From the human T2T-CHM13v2.0 reference genome, Homo sapiens: DNA of 64,000 bases. Under the pieces are notes generated by a model that saw only the letters and a program-made list of their open reading frames with translations, made no database searches and was not told the DNA's origin. Location: the NCBI RefSeq assembly GCF_009914755.1, contig NC_060926.1; one strand, written 5' to 3'. Position 1 is the first letter of the stretch. Each line of letters begins with the position of its first letter. Shown in pieces: positions 15,638-32,652 of this stretch. Made by a program: the position numbers and the translations under genes.

Positions 15638-16883
15638 TCAACATTTAATGAAAAAATAGGCAAAGATTGTATGAGAGGCAAGGTGCAGGCTTTCAGCACT
15701 GAAACTCTGAGTACATGCAACGGCAAAGCAAAAATAAAACATGAAAGTACATCATTGTGACACTGGAAATCCCTTTTGTGATCATAAGTTAAAGTCGTGA
15801 GTGCTAACATTTAAAAAAATTTTTTTTAAGGGATGGAGTGCAATTGGAGACTGCACTCCAGCCTGGGCAATGAGAGTGAAACTCCATTTCAAAAAAAAAG
15901 AAAAAAAAAAGGAAAAAACATTTCAAGTGTTAGACATACAAATCTTTAGCTGAAAAATAAAGCACATGGGGTTGAAGGGATAGGTGCAGGAGATTGTACT
16001 TCCAAAAAAGTAAGACCTGAGATCTCACATGATTCAGGGTTTTTAATATTGATCACAGAAGTCATTTGTAAAAACATAATTATTTATACTAGCCATGAAT
16101 AATAATATGTATAGTAATAAAGCTGAATTCCATGATGTAATTGATATTTCAAAAAATTTTATAGTTGAAAATTTTTAAAGGAAAATTTTGCTGAATTGGA
16201 TTCCACTTTAATCCTGTGATAATTGACCCAAGGAAATGCTGTTTAGTGTTTTGGATCTAGCATAATAGCAGCAATTATTTTAAAAACATTCAGATGATTT
16301 TTATTTGTCTGAAAATGTATTTGTCTGAAAAGTGCTGGGATTACAGGTGTGAGCCACCGCGCCCAGCCCTATGTCATGTTCTTTCTTCTTCTTTATTCAC
16401 CATTGTATCTTTAGTGCTTAGCACAATGCCTGGCACATGGTGTGTTTAATAAGTATTTTTAAAAGGATGATTAAGAATTCGATCACTAGTTCCACAGTTT
16501 TGGTCTCCAGAAACTGTCTTAAATCTACCACTTGGCAATGCATTTTAAGTGATGAGCATGCTTTCCTGTAATGAACTCATTCATTACAAAAAGGTATCTC
16601 TGGAAGCTTAAGGGAACCAAGATCAGATAATTTTTAAGTTATCCATTCTATACAGGAAATAAATAACCTTCTGTAATCCATCATTTCTAAAAGTCTGAAG
16701 GGCAGAAAATACGAGTAAATCTAAAAATGCCTTAGGTGAGTTAATGAAAGACCACATTGTGAAGAACATCAAGTGGTCTGGAGCGTGCTGCTAACTTTTC
16801 AAATTAAGTTTGAGGAAGATGGTCCTGCCCTTCTTTGATTCATAGCTGAAGGACCATGGACATTCTTCTGTTTAAGAAACTGC

Positions 16884-17601
<718 letters not shown>

Positions 17602-17689
17602 CTACGTACAGAGAGTTATGTTTTCAGAGCATTGGAAGGAGCCATCAGGCAAAGCAATGGGGGACTTGTTTCCTGGGGGACACACTTAC

Positions 17690-18001
17690 GTCGCTCTGTA
17701 GGTCGTAGGCTTTCCTGGCTTGGATCACATCATTCTGGTCGGGAAAGCAAGACCAGTGGTGCAGGTAATGGCGATAGTCCACATCACTTGCCAGTGCCTG
17801 ACCTTCTTTGGCAGCGCTGATGGACACCATGTCCACAGGGATGGAGATCTTGGCTTTGTGGTCGTTGTAGGCCTTTTTGTACAGCCTGTCATTCTGCATC
17901 TTCAACACATTTGCTGCCCAAACCAGTTTAGGGTCTTCCTTGGCGCTGCGACAGCCAATGTAATGGCCTTTCTGTTTCTCATAAGCAGTTTTGTACAGAT
18001 A
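17690..18001 (-). CDS. NEB: NEB exon 97 (312 nt; paralog of 89/105)
   Basis: AG/GT boundaries; TRI copy B. Confidence 0.95.
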
Positions 18002-18344
18002 CTGGTAGATGTGAACAGAAAATAGAAGAGTAATTTTTCCAAACCCACTTTTTCTAGAGAGCCTACTCAAACTAACTCCATCTCCCTTAGTTTACCTTTT
18101 TTGGGGGGGGTCGGGGAATACTGTTTTTATTTAAATTCAAGCCATAAGTTTTGATACATTGGTTTGTCTTCTGTGTCTACATGCATGAAAACATTGAGAG
18201 CATCTCTTAGGCAAGAACTGTGTTGCTGGATTATCTCCCAATATAGCCTGGCCACCTTCAGATGTTTTGTCACACACAAGTACCAGTTGTACTTCTTATT
18301 ACTTTAAATCAAATTAATTCTTTGTTGAAATTTTTTTTATTTTA

Positions 18345-18766
<422 letters not shown>

Positions 18767-19148
18767 TAACTATTTTAAAAAAATACTTGTGCATGTACTA
18801 CATAAAATTATTATAGGAAACACCGGTAGTATACACGCCACACTTTGAGTAACAACAGAATTCTCTGTACTATGAAATTAAATCTCTTTAAGTACTTGTA
18901 AATTAAGTGACATTGTGAAGATATTGAAAAGAAAATCAAAATCTGTGCTTAAACGCAAGAGTTGCAGAACCAAACATAGGTGCAAAAGGATCCTCAGATT
19001 GTAAGAGTTGTTCTTGAATTTAGGATTTACAAATATACTAATAACAATGACCCAATTCCATTTAAATATAATTCAAAGGGCATTAAGTTAAACTCCCTCT
19101 ATTTCTACTAGTTAGTGTTTGTTCCGGTTGGGAAGGAGGAGCTCTTAC

Positions 19149-19256
19149 ATCACTGGCAATATCCCTGGAAGCCTTGGCATGCTGGATCCCAATGGCATCT
19201 GCTCGCAGGTCATAACCAGTCATCTTGACATCTTCCCAAGCTTGCTGATAGCGTTT
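19149..19256 (-). CDS. NEB: NEB exon 96 (108 nt; paralog of 88/104)
   Basis: AG/GT boundaries. Confidence 0.95.
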
Positions 19257-19834
19257 CTGCAAACAGAGAGTGCAATGCCACAGTCAGTCTGAAGAGGGAG
19301 CTACTGAGTCAGCATTACTGATGTATTTAAAAATAGATATTTACAGTTACACTGAACATTAATGTCTCCTTAAGATTTATGAAAGAGTCTGGTTTCATAT
19401 TGAGCTTGAATTCCAGTAGATTTTTAATGACATTTAGTAAAGCTCTCTCCCAATAATTATTTTTTGAAGAAGGAAACTTAGGAGATAATAAATCATGTAA
19501 AAATCAGAAAAAAACATATTGCTTGGCTTTTACAAGGAAAAAGCAATGATGGATGGCCCACTAAAACCTGAGAACTAGGTATTACTCTACGTGTATCTAT
19601 AAGTTTTATGTTGTGTTTTTGGAGAAACCATTCCATTTTTCCTTCCAACAAACATTGAGATGTACATTACACAGACACACGCAGACCCACACAGCTACTT
19701 ATCATTAACTTAAAGACTAGAAATAAAAGGAATGGGAAGAAAATGCCTTTTGACAAACTCTCTTTGGGGTGTATAATAAAAGGTTTGGTTAGGCAGAGAG
19801 CACTGTGAAAAGCAAATGATGTGCGCTGTCTTAC

Positions 19835-19939
19835 ATTGCTGATCTGCAGAGCATTGATTTTGGATTGCAGCATCAGGGGAGTGTCAGCTGGCACGTTCAC
19901 ATTAGCCTTCTCTTTCTCCCAGGCATTGCGATACAATGG
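19835..19939 (-). CDS. NEB: NEB exon 95 (105 nt; paralog of 87/103; PLYRNAW)
   Basis: AG/GT boundaries. Confidence 0.95.
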
Positions 19940-20816
19940 CTGGGAAAAATGAAAAACGATGGAATGGTCAATTAGTAAATAAGTCAATTACCACATAAAT
20001 AAAATTATAAAGTCATGAAACATATACTTGAATAAATGGATATGAATAAAATTTTAAGTGAATTTTATAATAAATTAAAACTAACATAAGTAAATTAAAA
20101 TTTTTAAGTAAGATTAATAGGTAAATCTAATTTTATATTAAATAATAAGCAAAATGAAAAGTTCTTTTTGGATGTTCTCCGATATAAACGTAGATTATAC
20201 ATAGCATAAGCCACTGCACCTTGCCTCCTTTGCACTTTTATTTAAAAGGTGCCAATAGTGACTTCAATAAGAACACATTTATGTGTGATACAACATAATT
20301 TAAAATGAGTCAGAAATACGGTAGTAAAATTATTCTTTTCCATTTACTCACATCTAATTATCAGATGGGTAAGTCCACATTGCAGATAGCTCTGATAATT
20401 CCCATTGCTGAGCAGGACCTAGCTGTTTTTGGTCCAAATAACTACCATAATGTCTAACATTGAAGTTGTCCCTAGACTTCTCAACCTATTTCAAGCAATA
20501 AAGAAGTGGCAATTTTGTGATTATAGTACTAAGTGGTGGGCCTATATTATGGTCTGGATCTCCAAATGTGATCAAAGTGTGTATCAGGGTGTGTAGAACA
20601 TGAAGATGCCCACCACATGTGCATTGACCAAACACTTATCAAAGCAAATGAAATCCAGAGGCTGCTAAGAGACTGACTACACAAAGATCCATCTGGATAC
20701 ATGCAAACGTGTTTCAGATCCTGACGCTGACATGAAGAGTCTAAAGTTCACGTTTAAAATTCTTCTGGATTCAGATTTCTTCCATTTGTCTGAAAACATC
20801 ATCCACCTGGACTTAC

Positions 20817-21020
20817 CTCACTGATCTGTACAGCATTGATCTTTGCCTGGATTACTTCCGGGGTGTCAACAATGCTGGTGAATTTGAGGGCCTCAGGCTT
20901 TATACGATACAGCCTTTCATTCAAGAGATTCTGGGCATTCTTCACTCTCATCACTTCCACAGAACCCTCTGGCAGCCATCCAATACCCTTCAGCCATTCC
21001 AGGTCTGACTTGTACAAGTT
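20817..21020 (-). CDS. NEB: NEB exon 94 (204 nt; paralog of 86/102)
   Basis: AG/GT boundaries. Confidence 0.95.
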
Positions 21021-21807
21021 CTACATGAAGGAGAGGAACACAGAGTGGGGAAGAGTCAAAGTTGCCCATAAGAGTTTGATGCTTGCAAACCACACATCAC
21101 CTCTGTTTAAATCAGTTAGGTGGCTAATCTCATAAAACTCAAGGATCAACATTAAATGTTAATATTGGGTGTTATCTCTCTGGCACACATGGGAGAAGTT
21201 TAGAGTATCCTGCAGGAATTGGAACAGGGCTCACAAGTGGCACTTGGTGGAACGGCAGCCAGCAATGGCACATAACTTTGTATGCTTGGATTAGTTTCTA
21301 CACTCACCACTTGAAGTCTGCCTTTTATGTACCACTGGAAGTAACATCAGTAATAACATCAGTTGGATCTTAGGAGGTAAAGAACCTTAGATGTATGCGT
21401 AATGAGAAAAAAATACATACCTGTATCTATATCCATCCTGCCCCCCATCTCTCTCTCTTTCTGTGTCAAGTAAACATGAAATCCAACATTTCCTTATGCT
21501 TACATCTACTTATGAAATATGTATATGATTATGCAAAGGTAACGGCTCAGAGCAGCTGCAACTGAAATTTTCTACCTAATTACATAGAATAAGAGACTGA
21601 TTTTCATCTTGGTAAATAAGGTCTTGCTACCATAAGAAGGAGTCCTCTATAAGATAGAAAATGTCTGGGGAAAACTCTGCTACCATGAATTGTACAGAAT
21701 ATGTTAGGTTCTATTAAGATTACCATTTAAATTATGCCTCTGGGGAATGCACTGGATTTAAACACACAAATACACATCTCCCCGGGGTCTGGCGATAATA
21801 TACGCAC

Positions 21808-22119
21808 ATCGCTCTGCAGGTCGTAGGCTTTCTTGGCCTGGATCACATCGTTCTGATCTGGCAGACACGTCCACTGGTGCAGATAATTGCGATAATCAAT
21901 GTCGCTAACCAGGACCTGGCATTTCTTGGCTTGAACAATTGACATCATGTCCAACGGTGTGTTGTGAATTCCTTTAGACTTCTCATAAGCTTTCTTATAT
22001 TCTCTGTCACTCTGGATCTTGGCAGCATGTATAGCCCATACTGACTTGGGGTCATCTTGTAGGGTGCGGAAACCCATGTGGTGGCCCAGTTGCTTACGGT
22101 AACCTTCTTTGTATTTGTA
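21808..22119 (-). CDS. NEB: NEB exon 93 (312 nt; paralog of 85/101)
   Basis: AG/GT boundaries. Confidence 0.95.
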
Positions 22120-23044
22120 CTAAAGTAGTAAGAAATCATATTAAAAAGACATATGAAAATAATGTATTAAGAGGGGTTTTCTAATTTAAATGGTTTCAGT
22201 ATGTTTTCTTAGCCTTGGTATAAATTGGCTCAACATTGGCAGTCATTACATATTTCAGTTCACTTTAAAGAAATTAGATAATACGATTTTAGGTCATTTC
22301 AGAGAGGACATGAGTAAATCAGGAGGGAGATGGTATGGTGAACAAGAGTAATGAAAACAATAGCTAACATTTACTAAGTAATTACTCTATGCCGGACACT
22401 ATTATGACTACTTCTAATGTGTTGGGTAGATCCACATGAAACTACCATGTTTTTCGGTCAAAAATCATTGACTGGTGGCAATTATGATCACAGTTCATCC
22501 TCACAATGTCTCTATGAGGTAGATACTATTATTAACATATATTCCAGATGGGGAAAACAAGGCACAGGTGATAATCTCCATCACCAAGTTTCCCTGACAA
22601 GTGCAACATTAGGTCAAATGATCTCCTAAGAGTACTGAAGGAACCTCAGGTAGGGAGAGGTCATACGTGTGTGGTTTTGGAAACAGACAAGAAAGATGCA
22701 TGTTTCAAGGATGGAAAGCAAGGCTGTGGCTTGAATCAGAAGATAACAACAAAAGTTCTGTGGACAAGAGTTTCCATCTGATGAGTGTCTCAGGACTAGT
22801 GTAAGGTGGTTTCTGTTTCTTTCCTATGTTTGGACAACATAGGCAAGTTTGAACAAAGAGAGAGAAAACTGGGAATCAAGCAGATAACGTGGACTAGCTA
22901 TGGTTATTAGAGGCAAAAATGAAGAATAAGAAGGAGGAAACAACTGGCTACATGATGAAAATCAGAGAAGAACGCAGAGAAAGGGAACAAGGTGGCTTAA
23001 AGAGTTGGAGCTGGGGGCAGGGTGCACCTGGTAGCATAATTATT

Positions 23045-23380
<336 letters not shown>

Positions 23381-23859
23381 TAATTATTTTGACCACTAGT
23401 AAGTTTTAAAATTAGAATTAAATGAAGTTCCAAAGATTACTAAGAGTATTCTACATAAGCCTCCAGTATAAAATCTTGCATATAAATATGATTTCAGTCT
23501 TAAGTCTTATATGAAACTATCATCTGTGACTTATATTTGTGGAGAATGTCAGAAATATTTTAGGGATAAAATGACATTGTATTGGGTCCTGAATTTTCCC
23601 AGGAATTTAATACAGACTCTTCATGATGTTTTGTTTCTACTTTGTAACAGCATCAAAGTAAATTTACACATATACCTCATCTATGCTAACTTTAATGTTT
23701 TCCATTCCATTTTAATATTTTCAAATACAGAAAGCTTCTAGCACAGGATGAGATGCAATTCTATGCACAGATTTTTTAAAAACACAAAATTCTTGAAAAA
23801 TAGTCTCCCTGCTCGTTTTGTAGAAAAGAAAAACCACAAGAAAAGAGAAGGAAGCGTAC

Positions 23860-23967
23860 CTCACTGGCAATTTCTCTGGAGGCCTTGGCGTGCTTGATTT
23901 CAATGGCATCTGCCCTTATGTCATAGCCTTTCTGCTTGGTGTCATTCCAGTCTTTTTGGTAGAGTTT
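23860..23967 (-). CDS. NEB: NEB exon 92 (108 nt; paralog of 84/100)
   Basis: AG/GT boundaries. Confidence 0.95.
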
Positions 23968-24757
23968 CTATAGAGGGAAAATAAAGGTTTGTTTACAAGA
24001 ATGGAAAAATAAGCAAATTTACTCAAATTTGTCATAATATAAATCATAAAGAATATGGTAATGTAGTCAATATAAGAAAAAAACATTCATTTCTGGGTTC
24101 TTTTCGTTGTTGGATATTTCCTCTGTGGTGTACAGGATACTTCTGGTTAAAATTTTAAAGCTAAACATCAAACTCTATTAATGTTTGAATATTTGCATCC
24201 ATCACAATATGGTATGCATTTGAAAATATCCCACTACAAGTACATGGAACCTAAGGATCAATGGGGAAGCCAGAGAATCTTTATCAAGATATCAGGTAAG
24301 ATCTGATAAGATTTTTCTCCCCCTAATTTTGTCCTTTGACTTTTCAGAAGTTTCTGCTAAAGGGTTGTGACATAGATATCATACATAGCCCGCCATTTGG
24401 ATGTAATTAAAAATGGTCCTTTGTCTTTCTTATGGCCTTGAAATGTCAAATGAAAAAGTCCTGGATCAATAAGAAAAACCTAAGATGATAACAGAGACTG
24501 TTAAGAGTGAAGGAGGACACCAAAAGGATTCAGGTGTCCCAAATCCTGCAGTCTAGGCACCCACCGATGTATCCAAGCACACATTTAAAAGAGAGAAACT
24601 CCATTCATATCGCATTGGGACTGGTAGCTAAAGAGAAAATGTCTAGCACCAAAAGCCACAAACATTGCAAGGTAGGTAATTTGTCGCTATAACAATCTCC
24701 ATGAGCAGACAGATATTGCCCATAAAGGCTTTTACACTTCATGTTCGTGCCACTTAC

Positions 24758-24862
24758 ATTGCTGATTTGCAAGGCATTGATGTGGGCCTGCAGCATCTCC
24801 GGAGTATCAGAAGGAATGGTGATGTTGCTTTTATCTTTATTCCAGGCTTCCTGATACAGTTT
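24758..24862 (-). CDS. NEB: NEB exon 91 (105 nt; paralog of 83/99)
   Basis: AG/GT boundaries. Confidence 0.95.
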
Positions 24863-24989
24863 CTGTGGAGAGGAGGGAAATAGGGAATCAATACCTGAAA
24901 CATTAAGCCTTAGCTAATGTTTGGCTAATAGTTAACTAATGTAAGCCTTAGCTAACTACTCAATCTGGAAAAACGTTTTTACATATGTT

Positions 24990-25433
24990 TATAATGGTTA
25001 ACTTTATGTGTCAGCTTGGCTGGGGCATGGTACCCAGATATTTAGTCAAACATTATTTTAGGTGTTTCTGTGAAAGTATTGTTAAAATGAAGTTAACATT
25101 TAAATCAGTAGATTCCAAGTAAAGGAGACTACCCTTCATGATGTGGGTGAGCCTTATCTAATTAGTTGAAGACCTTGATAGAAAAGACAAACCTCCCCAG
25201 TAAAAAGGAATTCTGCCAGCAGATGGCCTTTGGGTTTGAATTGCAACACATCCCTCAGTCTCTAGCCGGCTGGCCTACCCTGCAGACTTTGGACTTGCCA
25301 GCCTGCATGATCTCAGGAGCCAATTTCTTAAAGTCTCTCTCTTCTGTGTGTGTGTACAAACACACACACACAAACACACACACACACAGAGCCCCTATTG
25401 GTTCTGTTTCTCTAGAGAATCTGGACTAATACA
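24990..25433. mobile_element. MLT2-family solo LTR (copy B)
   Basis: Paralog of 14447-14890. Confidence 0.85.
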
Positions 25434-25726
25434 ATGTTATGTTATTATGTAGCATGACACTACATGTCTTAGTATTTAATATGAGGTCAACAAATATTTG
25501 TGTTCCTGAGTTGCCAGGGAGTGACATTTTCACTGCAGTGCTTCAAAGTGTGTATGTGTGGTAGAAGAAAGGCATGTTGGTGTTTGTCAGAGTTCTATTT
25601 TCAGTGTATCTGCACTAGTGAAGACATTTTTAGAGTTGCTCGTCTCACCAAAATTCTTTGAAGAAGTCCAGTCTACGGGCTCAGTTTGGGTGGTATCTTT
25701 GGAAAAGATAGTAGGATGGTTCTTAC

Positions 25727-26180
<454 letters not shown>

Positions 26181-27426
26181 TCAACATTTAATGAAAAAAT
26201 AGGCAAAGATTGTATGAGAGGCAAGGTGCAGGCTTTCAGCACTGAAACTCTGAGTACATGCAACGGCAAAGCAAAAATAAAACATGAAAGTACATCATTG
26301 TGACACTGGAAATCCCTTTTGTGATCATAAGTTAAAGTCGTGAGTGCTAACATTTAAAAAAATTTTTTTTAAGGGATGGAGTGCAATTGGAGACTGCACT
26401 CCAGCCTGGGCAATGAGAGTGAAACTCCATTTCAAAAAAAAAGAAAAAAAAAAGGAAAAAACATTTCAAGTGTTAGACATACAAATCTTTAGCTGAAAAA
26501 TAAAGCACATGGGGTTGAAGGGATAGGTGCAGGAGATTGTACTTCCAAAAAAGTAAGACCTGAGATCTCACATGATTCAGGGTTTTTAATATTGATCACA
26601 GAAGTCATTTGTAAAAACATAATTATTTATACTAGCCATGAATAATAATATGTATAGTAATAAAGCTGAATTCCATGATGTAATTGATATTTCAAAAAAT
26701 TTTATAGTTGAAAATTTTTAAAGGAAAATTTTGCTGAATTGGATTCCACTTTAATCCTGTGATAATTGACCCAAGGAAATGCTGTTTAGTGTTTTGGATC
26801 TAGCATAATAGCAGCAATTATTTTAAAAACATTCAGATGATTTTTATTTGTCTGAAAATGTATTTGTCTGAAAAGTGCTGGGATTACAGGTGTGAGCCAC
26901 CGCGCCCAGCCCTATGTCATGTTCTTTCTTCTTCTTTATTCACCATTGTATCTTTAGTGCTTAGCACAATGCCTGGCACATGGTGTGTTTAATAAGTATT
27001 TTTAAAAGGATGATTAAGAATTCGATCACTAGTTCCACAGTTTTGGTCTCCAGAAACTGTCTTAAATCTACCACTTGGCAATGCATTTTAAGTGATGAGC
27101 ATGCTTTCCTGTAATGAACTCATTCATTACAAAAAGGTATCTCTGGAAGCTTAAGGGAACCAAGATCAGATAATTTTTAAGTTATCCATTCTATACAGGA
27201 AATAAATAACCTTCTGTAATCCATCATTTCTAAAAGTCTGAAGGGCAGAAAATACGAGTAAATCTAAAAATGCCTTAGGTGAGTTAATGAAAGACCACAT
27301 TGTGAAGAACATCAAGTGGTCTGGAGCGTGCTGCTAACTTTTCAAATTAAGTTTGAGGAAGATGGTCCTGCCCTTCTTTGATTCATAGCTGAAGGACCAT
27401 GGACATTCTTCTGTTTAAGAAACTGC

Positions 27427-28144
<718 letters not shown>

Positions 28145-28232
28145 CTACGTACAGAGAGTTATGTTTTCAGAGCATTGGAAGGAGCCATCAGGCAAAGCAA
28201 TGGGGGACTTGTTTCCTGGGGGACACACTTAC

Positions 28233-28544
28233 GTCGCTCTGTAGGTCGTAGGCTTTCCTGGCTTGGATCACATCATTCTGGTCGGGAAAGCAAGACCAGT
28301 GGTGCAGGTAATGGCGATAGTCCACATCACTTGCCAGTGCCTGACCTTCTTTGGCAGCGCTGATGGACACCATGTCCACAGGGATGGAGATCTTGGCTTT
28401 GTGGTCGTTGTAGGCCTTTTTGTACAGCCTGTCATTCTGCATCTTCAACACATTTGCTGCCCAAACCAGTTTAGGGTCTTCCTTGGCGCTGCGACAGCCA
28501 ATGTAATGGCCTTTCTGTTTCTCATAAGCAGTTTTGTACAGATA
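28233..28544 (-). CDS. NEB: NEB exon 89 (312 nt)
   Basis: AG/GT boundaries; TRI copy A. Confidence 0.95.
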
Positions 28545-28874
28545 CTGGTAGATGTGAACAGAAAATAGAAGAGTAATTTTTCCAAACCCACTTTTTCTAG
28601 AGAGCCTACTCAAACTAACTCCATCTCCCTTAGTTTACCTTTTTTGGGGGGGTCGGGGAATACTGTTTTTATTTAAATTCAAGCCATAAGTTTTGATACA
28701 TTGGTTTGTCTTCTGTGTCTACATGCATGAAAACATTGAGAGCATCTCTTAGGCAAGAACTGTGTTGCTGGATTATCTCCCAATATAGCCTGGCCACCTT
28801 CAGATGTTTTGTCACACACAAGTACCAACTGTACTTCTTATTACTTTAAATCAAATTAATTCTTTGTTGAAATA

Positions 28875-29251
<377 letters not shown>

Positions 29252-29681
29252 TAAATAGAAAAAGAAAATATTTTTCTAGGACACATTAAAACAACCATAT
29301 AACTATTTTAAAAAAATACTTGTGCATGTACTACATAAAATTATTATAGGAACCACCGGTTGTATACATGCCACACTTTGAGTAACAACAGAATTCTTTA
29401 TACTGTGAAATTAAATCTCTTTAAGTACTTGTAAATTAAGTGATACTGTGAAGATATTGAAAAGAAATCAAAATCTGTGCTTAAACGCAAGAGTTGCAGA
29501 ACCAGACATAGATGCAAAAGGATCCTCAAATTGTAAGTCCTATTCTTGAATTTAGGATTTACAAATATACTAATAACAATGACCCAATTCCATTTAAATA
29601 TAATTCAAAGGGCATTAAGTTAAACTCCCTCTATTTCTACTAGTTAGTGTTTGTTCCGGTTGGGCAAGGAGGAGCTCTTAC

Positions 29682-29789
29682 ATCACTGGCAATATCCCTG
29701 GAAGCCTTGGCATGCTGGATCCCAATGGCATCTGCTCGCAGGTCATAACCAGTCATCTTGACATCTTCCCAAGCTTGCTGATAGCGTTT
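29682..29789 (-). CDS. NEB: NEB exon 88 (108 nt)
   Basis: AG/GT boundaries. Confidence 0.95.
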
Positions 29790-30367
29790 CTGCAAACAGA
29801 GAGTGCAATGCCACAGTCAGTCTGAAGAGGGAGCTACTGAGTCAGCATTACTGATGTATTTAAAAATAGATATTTACAGTTACACTGAACATTAATGTCT
29901 CCTTAAGATTTATGAAAGAGTCTGGTTTCATATTGAGCTTGAATTCCAGTAGATTTTTAATGACATTTAGTAAAGCTCTCTCCCAATAATTATTTTTTGA
30001 AGAAGGAAACTTAGGAGATAATAAATCATGTAAAAATCAGAAAAAAACATATTGCTTGGCTTTTACAAGGAAAAAGCAATGATGGATGGCCCACTAAAAC
30101 CTGAGAACTAGGTATTACTCTACGTGTATCTATAAGTTTTATGTTGTGTTTTTGGAGAAACCATTCCATTTTTCCTTCCAACAAACATTGAGATGTACAT
30201 TACACAGACACACGCAGACCCACACAGCTACTTATCATTAACTTAAAGACTAGAAATAAAAGGAATGGGAAGAAAATGCCTTTTGACAAACTCTCTTTGG
30301 GGTGTATAATAAAAGGTTTGGTTAGGCAGAGAGCACTGTGAAAAGCAAATGATGTGCGCTGTCTTAC

Positions 30368-30472
30368 ATTGCTGATCTGCAGAGCATTGATTTTGGATTG
30401 CAGCATCAGGGGAGTGTCAGCTGGCACGTTCACATTAGCCTTCTCTTTCTCCCAGGCATCGCGATACAATGG
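30368..30472 (-). CDS. NEB: NEB exon 87 (105 nt)
   Basis: AG/GT boundaries. Confidence 0.95.
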
Positions 30473-31349
30473 CTGGGAAAAATGAAAAACGATGGAATGG
30501 TCAATTAGTAAATAAGTCAATTACCACATAAATAAAATTATAAAGTCATGAAACATATACTTGAATAAATGGATATGAATAAAATTTTAAGTGAATTTTA
30601 TAATAAATTAAAACTAACATAAGTAAATTAAAATTTTTAAGTAAGATTAATAGGTAAATCTAATTTTATATTAAATAATAAGCAAAATGAAAAGTTCTTT
30701 TTGGATGTTCTCCGATATAAACGTAGATTATACATAGCATAAGCCACTGCACCTTGCCTCCTTTGCACTTTTATTTAAAAGGTGCCAATAGTGACTTCAA
30801 TAAGAACACATTTATGTGTGATACAACATAATTTAAAATGAGTCAGAAATACGGTAGTAAAATTATTCTTTTCCATTTACTCACATCTAATTATCAGATG
30901 GGTAAGTCCACATTGCAGATAGCTCTGATAATTCCCATTGCTGAGCAGGACCTAGCTGTTTTTGGTCCAAATAACTACCATAATGTCTAACATTGAAGTT
31001 GTCCCTAGACTTCTCAACCTATTTCAAGCAATAAAGAAGTGGCAATTTTGTGATTATAGTACTAAGTGGTGGGCCTATATTATGGTCTGGATCTCCAAAT
31101 GTGATCAAAGTGTGTATCAGGGTGTGTAGAACATGAAGATGCCCACCACATGTGCATTGACCAAACACTTATCAAAGCAAATGAAATCCAGAGGCTGCTA
31201 AGAGACTGACTACACAAAGATCCATCTGGATACATGCAAACGTGTTTCAGATCCTGACGCTGACATGAAGAGTCTAAAGTTCACGTTTAAAATTCTTCTG
31301 GATTCAGATTTCTTCCATTTGTCTGAAAACATCATCCACCTGGACTTAC

Positions 31350-31553
31350 CTCACTGATCTGTACAGCATTGATCTTTGCCTGGATTACTTCCGGGGTGTC
31401 AACAATGCTGGTGAATTTGAGGGCCTCAGGCTTTATACGATACAGCCTTTCATTCAAGAGATTCTGGGCATTCTTCACTCTCATCACTTCCACAGAACCC
31501 TCTGGCAGCCATCCAATACCCTTCAGCCATTCCAGGTCTGACTTGTACAAGTT
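31350..31553 (-). CDS. NEB: NEB exon 86 (204 nt)
   Basis: AG/GT boundaries. Confidence 0.95.
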
Positions 31554-32340
31554 CTACATGAAGGAGAGGAACACAGAGTGGGGAAGAGTCAAAGTTGCCC
31601 ATAAGAGTTTGATGCTTGCAAACCACACATCACCTCTGTTTAAATCAGTTAGGTGGCTAATCTCATAAAACTCAAGGATCAACATTAAATGTTAATATTG
31701 GGTGTTATCTCTCTGGCACACATGGGAGAAGTTTAGAGTATCCTGCAGGAATTGGAACAGGGCTCACAAGTGGCACTTGGTGGAACGGCAGCCAGCAATG
31801 GCACATAACTTTGTATGCTTGGATTAGTTTCTACACTCACCACTTGAAGTCTGCCTTTTATGTACCACTGGAAGTAACATCAGTAATAACATCAGTTGGA
31901 TCTTAGGAGGTAAAGAACCTTAGATGTATGCGTAATGAGAAAAAAATACATACCTGTATCGATATCCACCCTGCCCCCCATCTCTCTCTCTTTCTGTGTC
32001 AAGTAAACATGAAATCCAACATTTCCTTATGCTTACATCTACTTATGAAATATGTATATGATTATGCAAAGGTAACGGCTCAGAGCAGCTGCAACTGAAA
32101 TTTTCTACCTAATTACATAGAATAAGAGACTGATTTTCATCTTGGTAAATAAGGTCTTGCTACCATAAGAAGGAGTCCTCTATAAGATAGAAAATGTCTG
32201 GGGAAAACTCTGCTACCATGAATTGTACAGAATATGTTAGGTTCTATTAAGATTACCATTTAAATTATGCCTCTGGGGAATGCACTGGATTTAAACACAC
32301 AAATACACATCTCCCCGGGGTCTGGCGATAATATACGCAC

Positions 32341-32652
32341 ATCGCTCTGCAGGTCGTAGGCTTTCTTGGCCTGGATCACATCGTTCTGATCTGGCAGACA
32401 CGTCCACTGGTGCAGATAATTGCGATAATCAATGTCGCTAACCAGGACCTGGCATTTCTTGGCTTGAACAATTGACATCATGTCCAACGGTGTGTTGTGA
32501 ATTCCTTTAGACTTCTCATAAGCTTTCTTATATTCTCTGTCACTCTGGATCTTGGCAGCATGTATAGCCCATACTGACTTGGGGTCATCTTGTAGGGTGC
32601 GGAAACCCATGTGGTGGCCCAGTTGCTTACGGTAACCTTCTTTGTATTTGTA
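32341..32652 (-). CDS. NEB: NEB exon 85 (312 nt)
   Basis: AG/GT boundaries. Confidence 0.95.
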
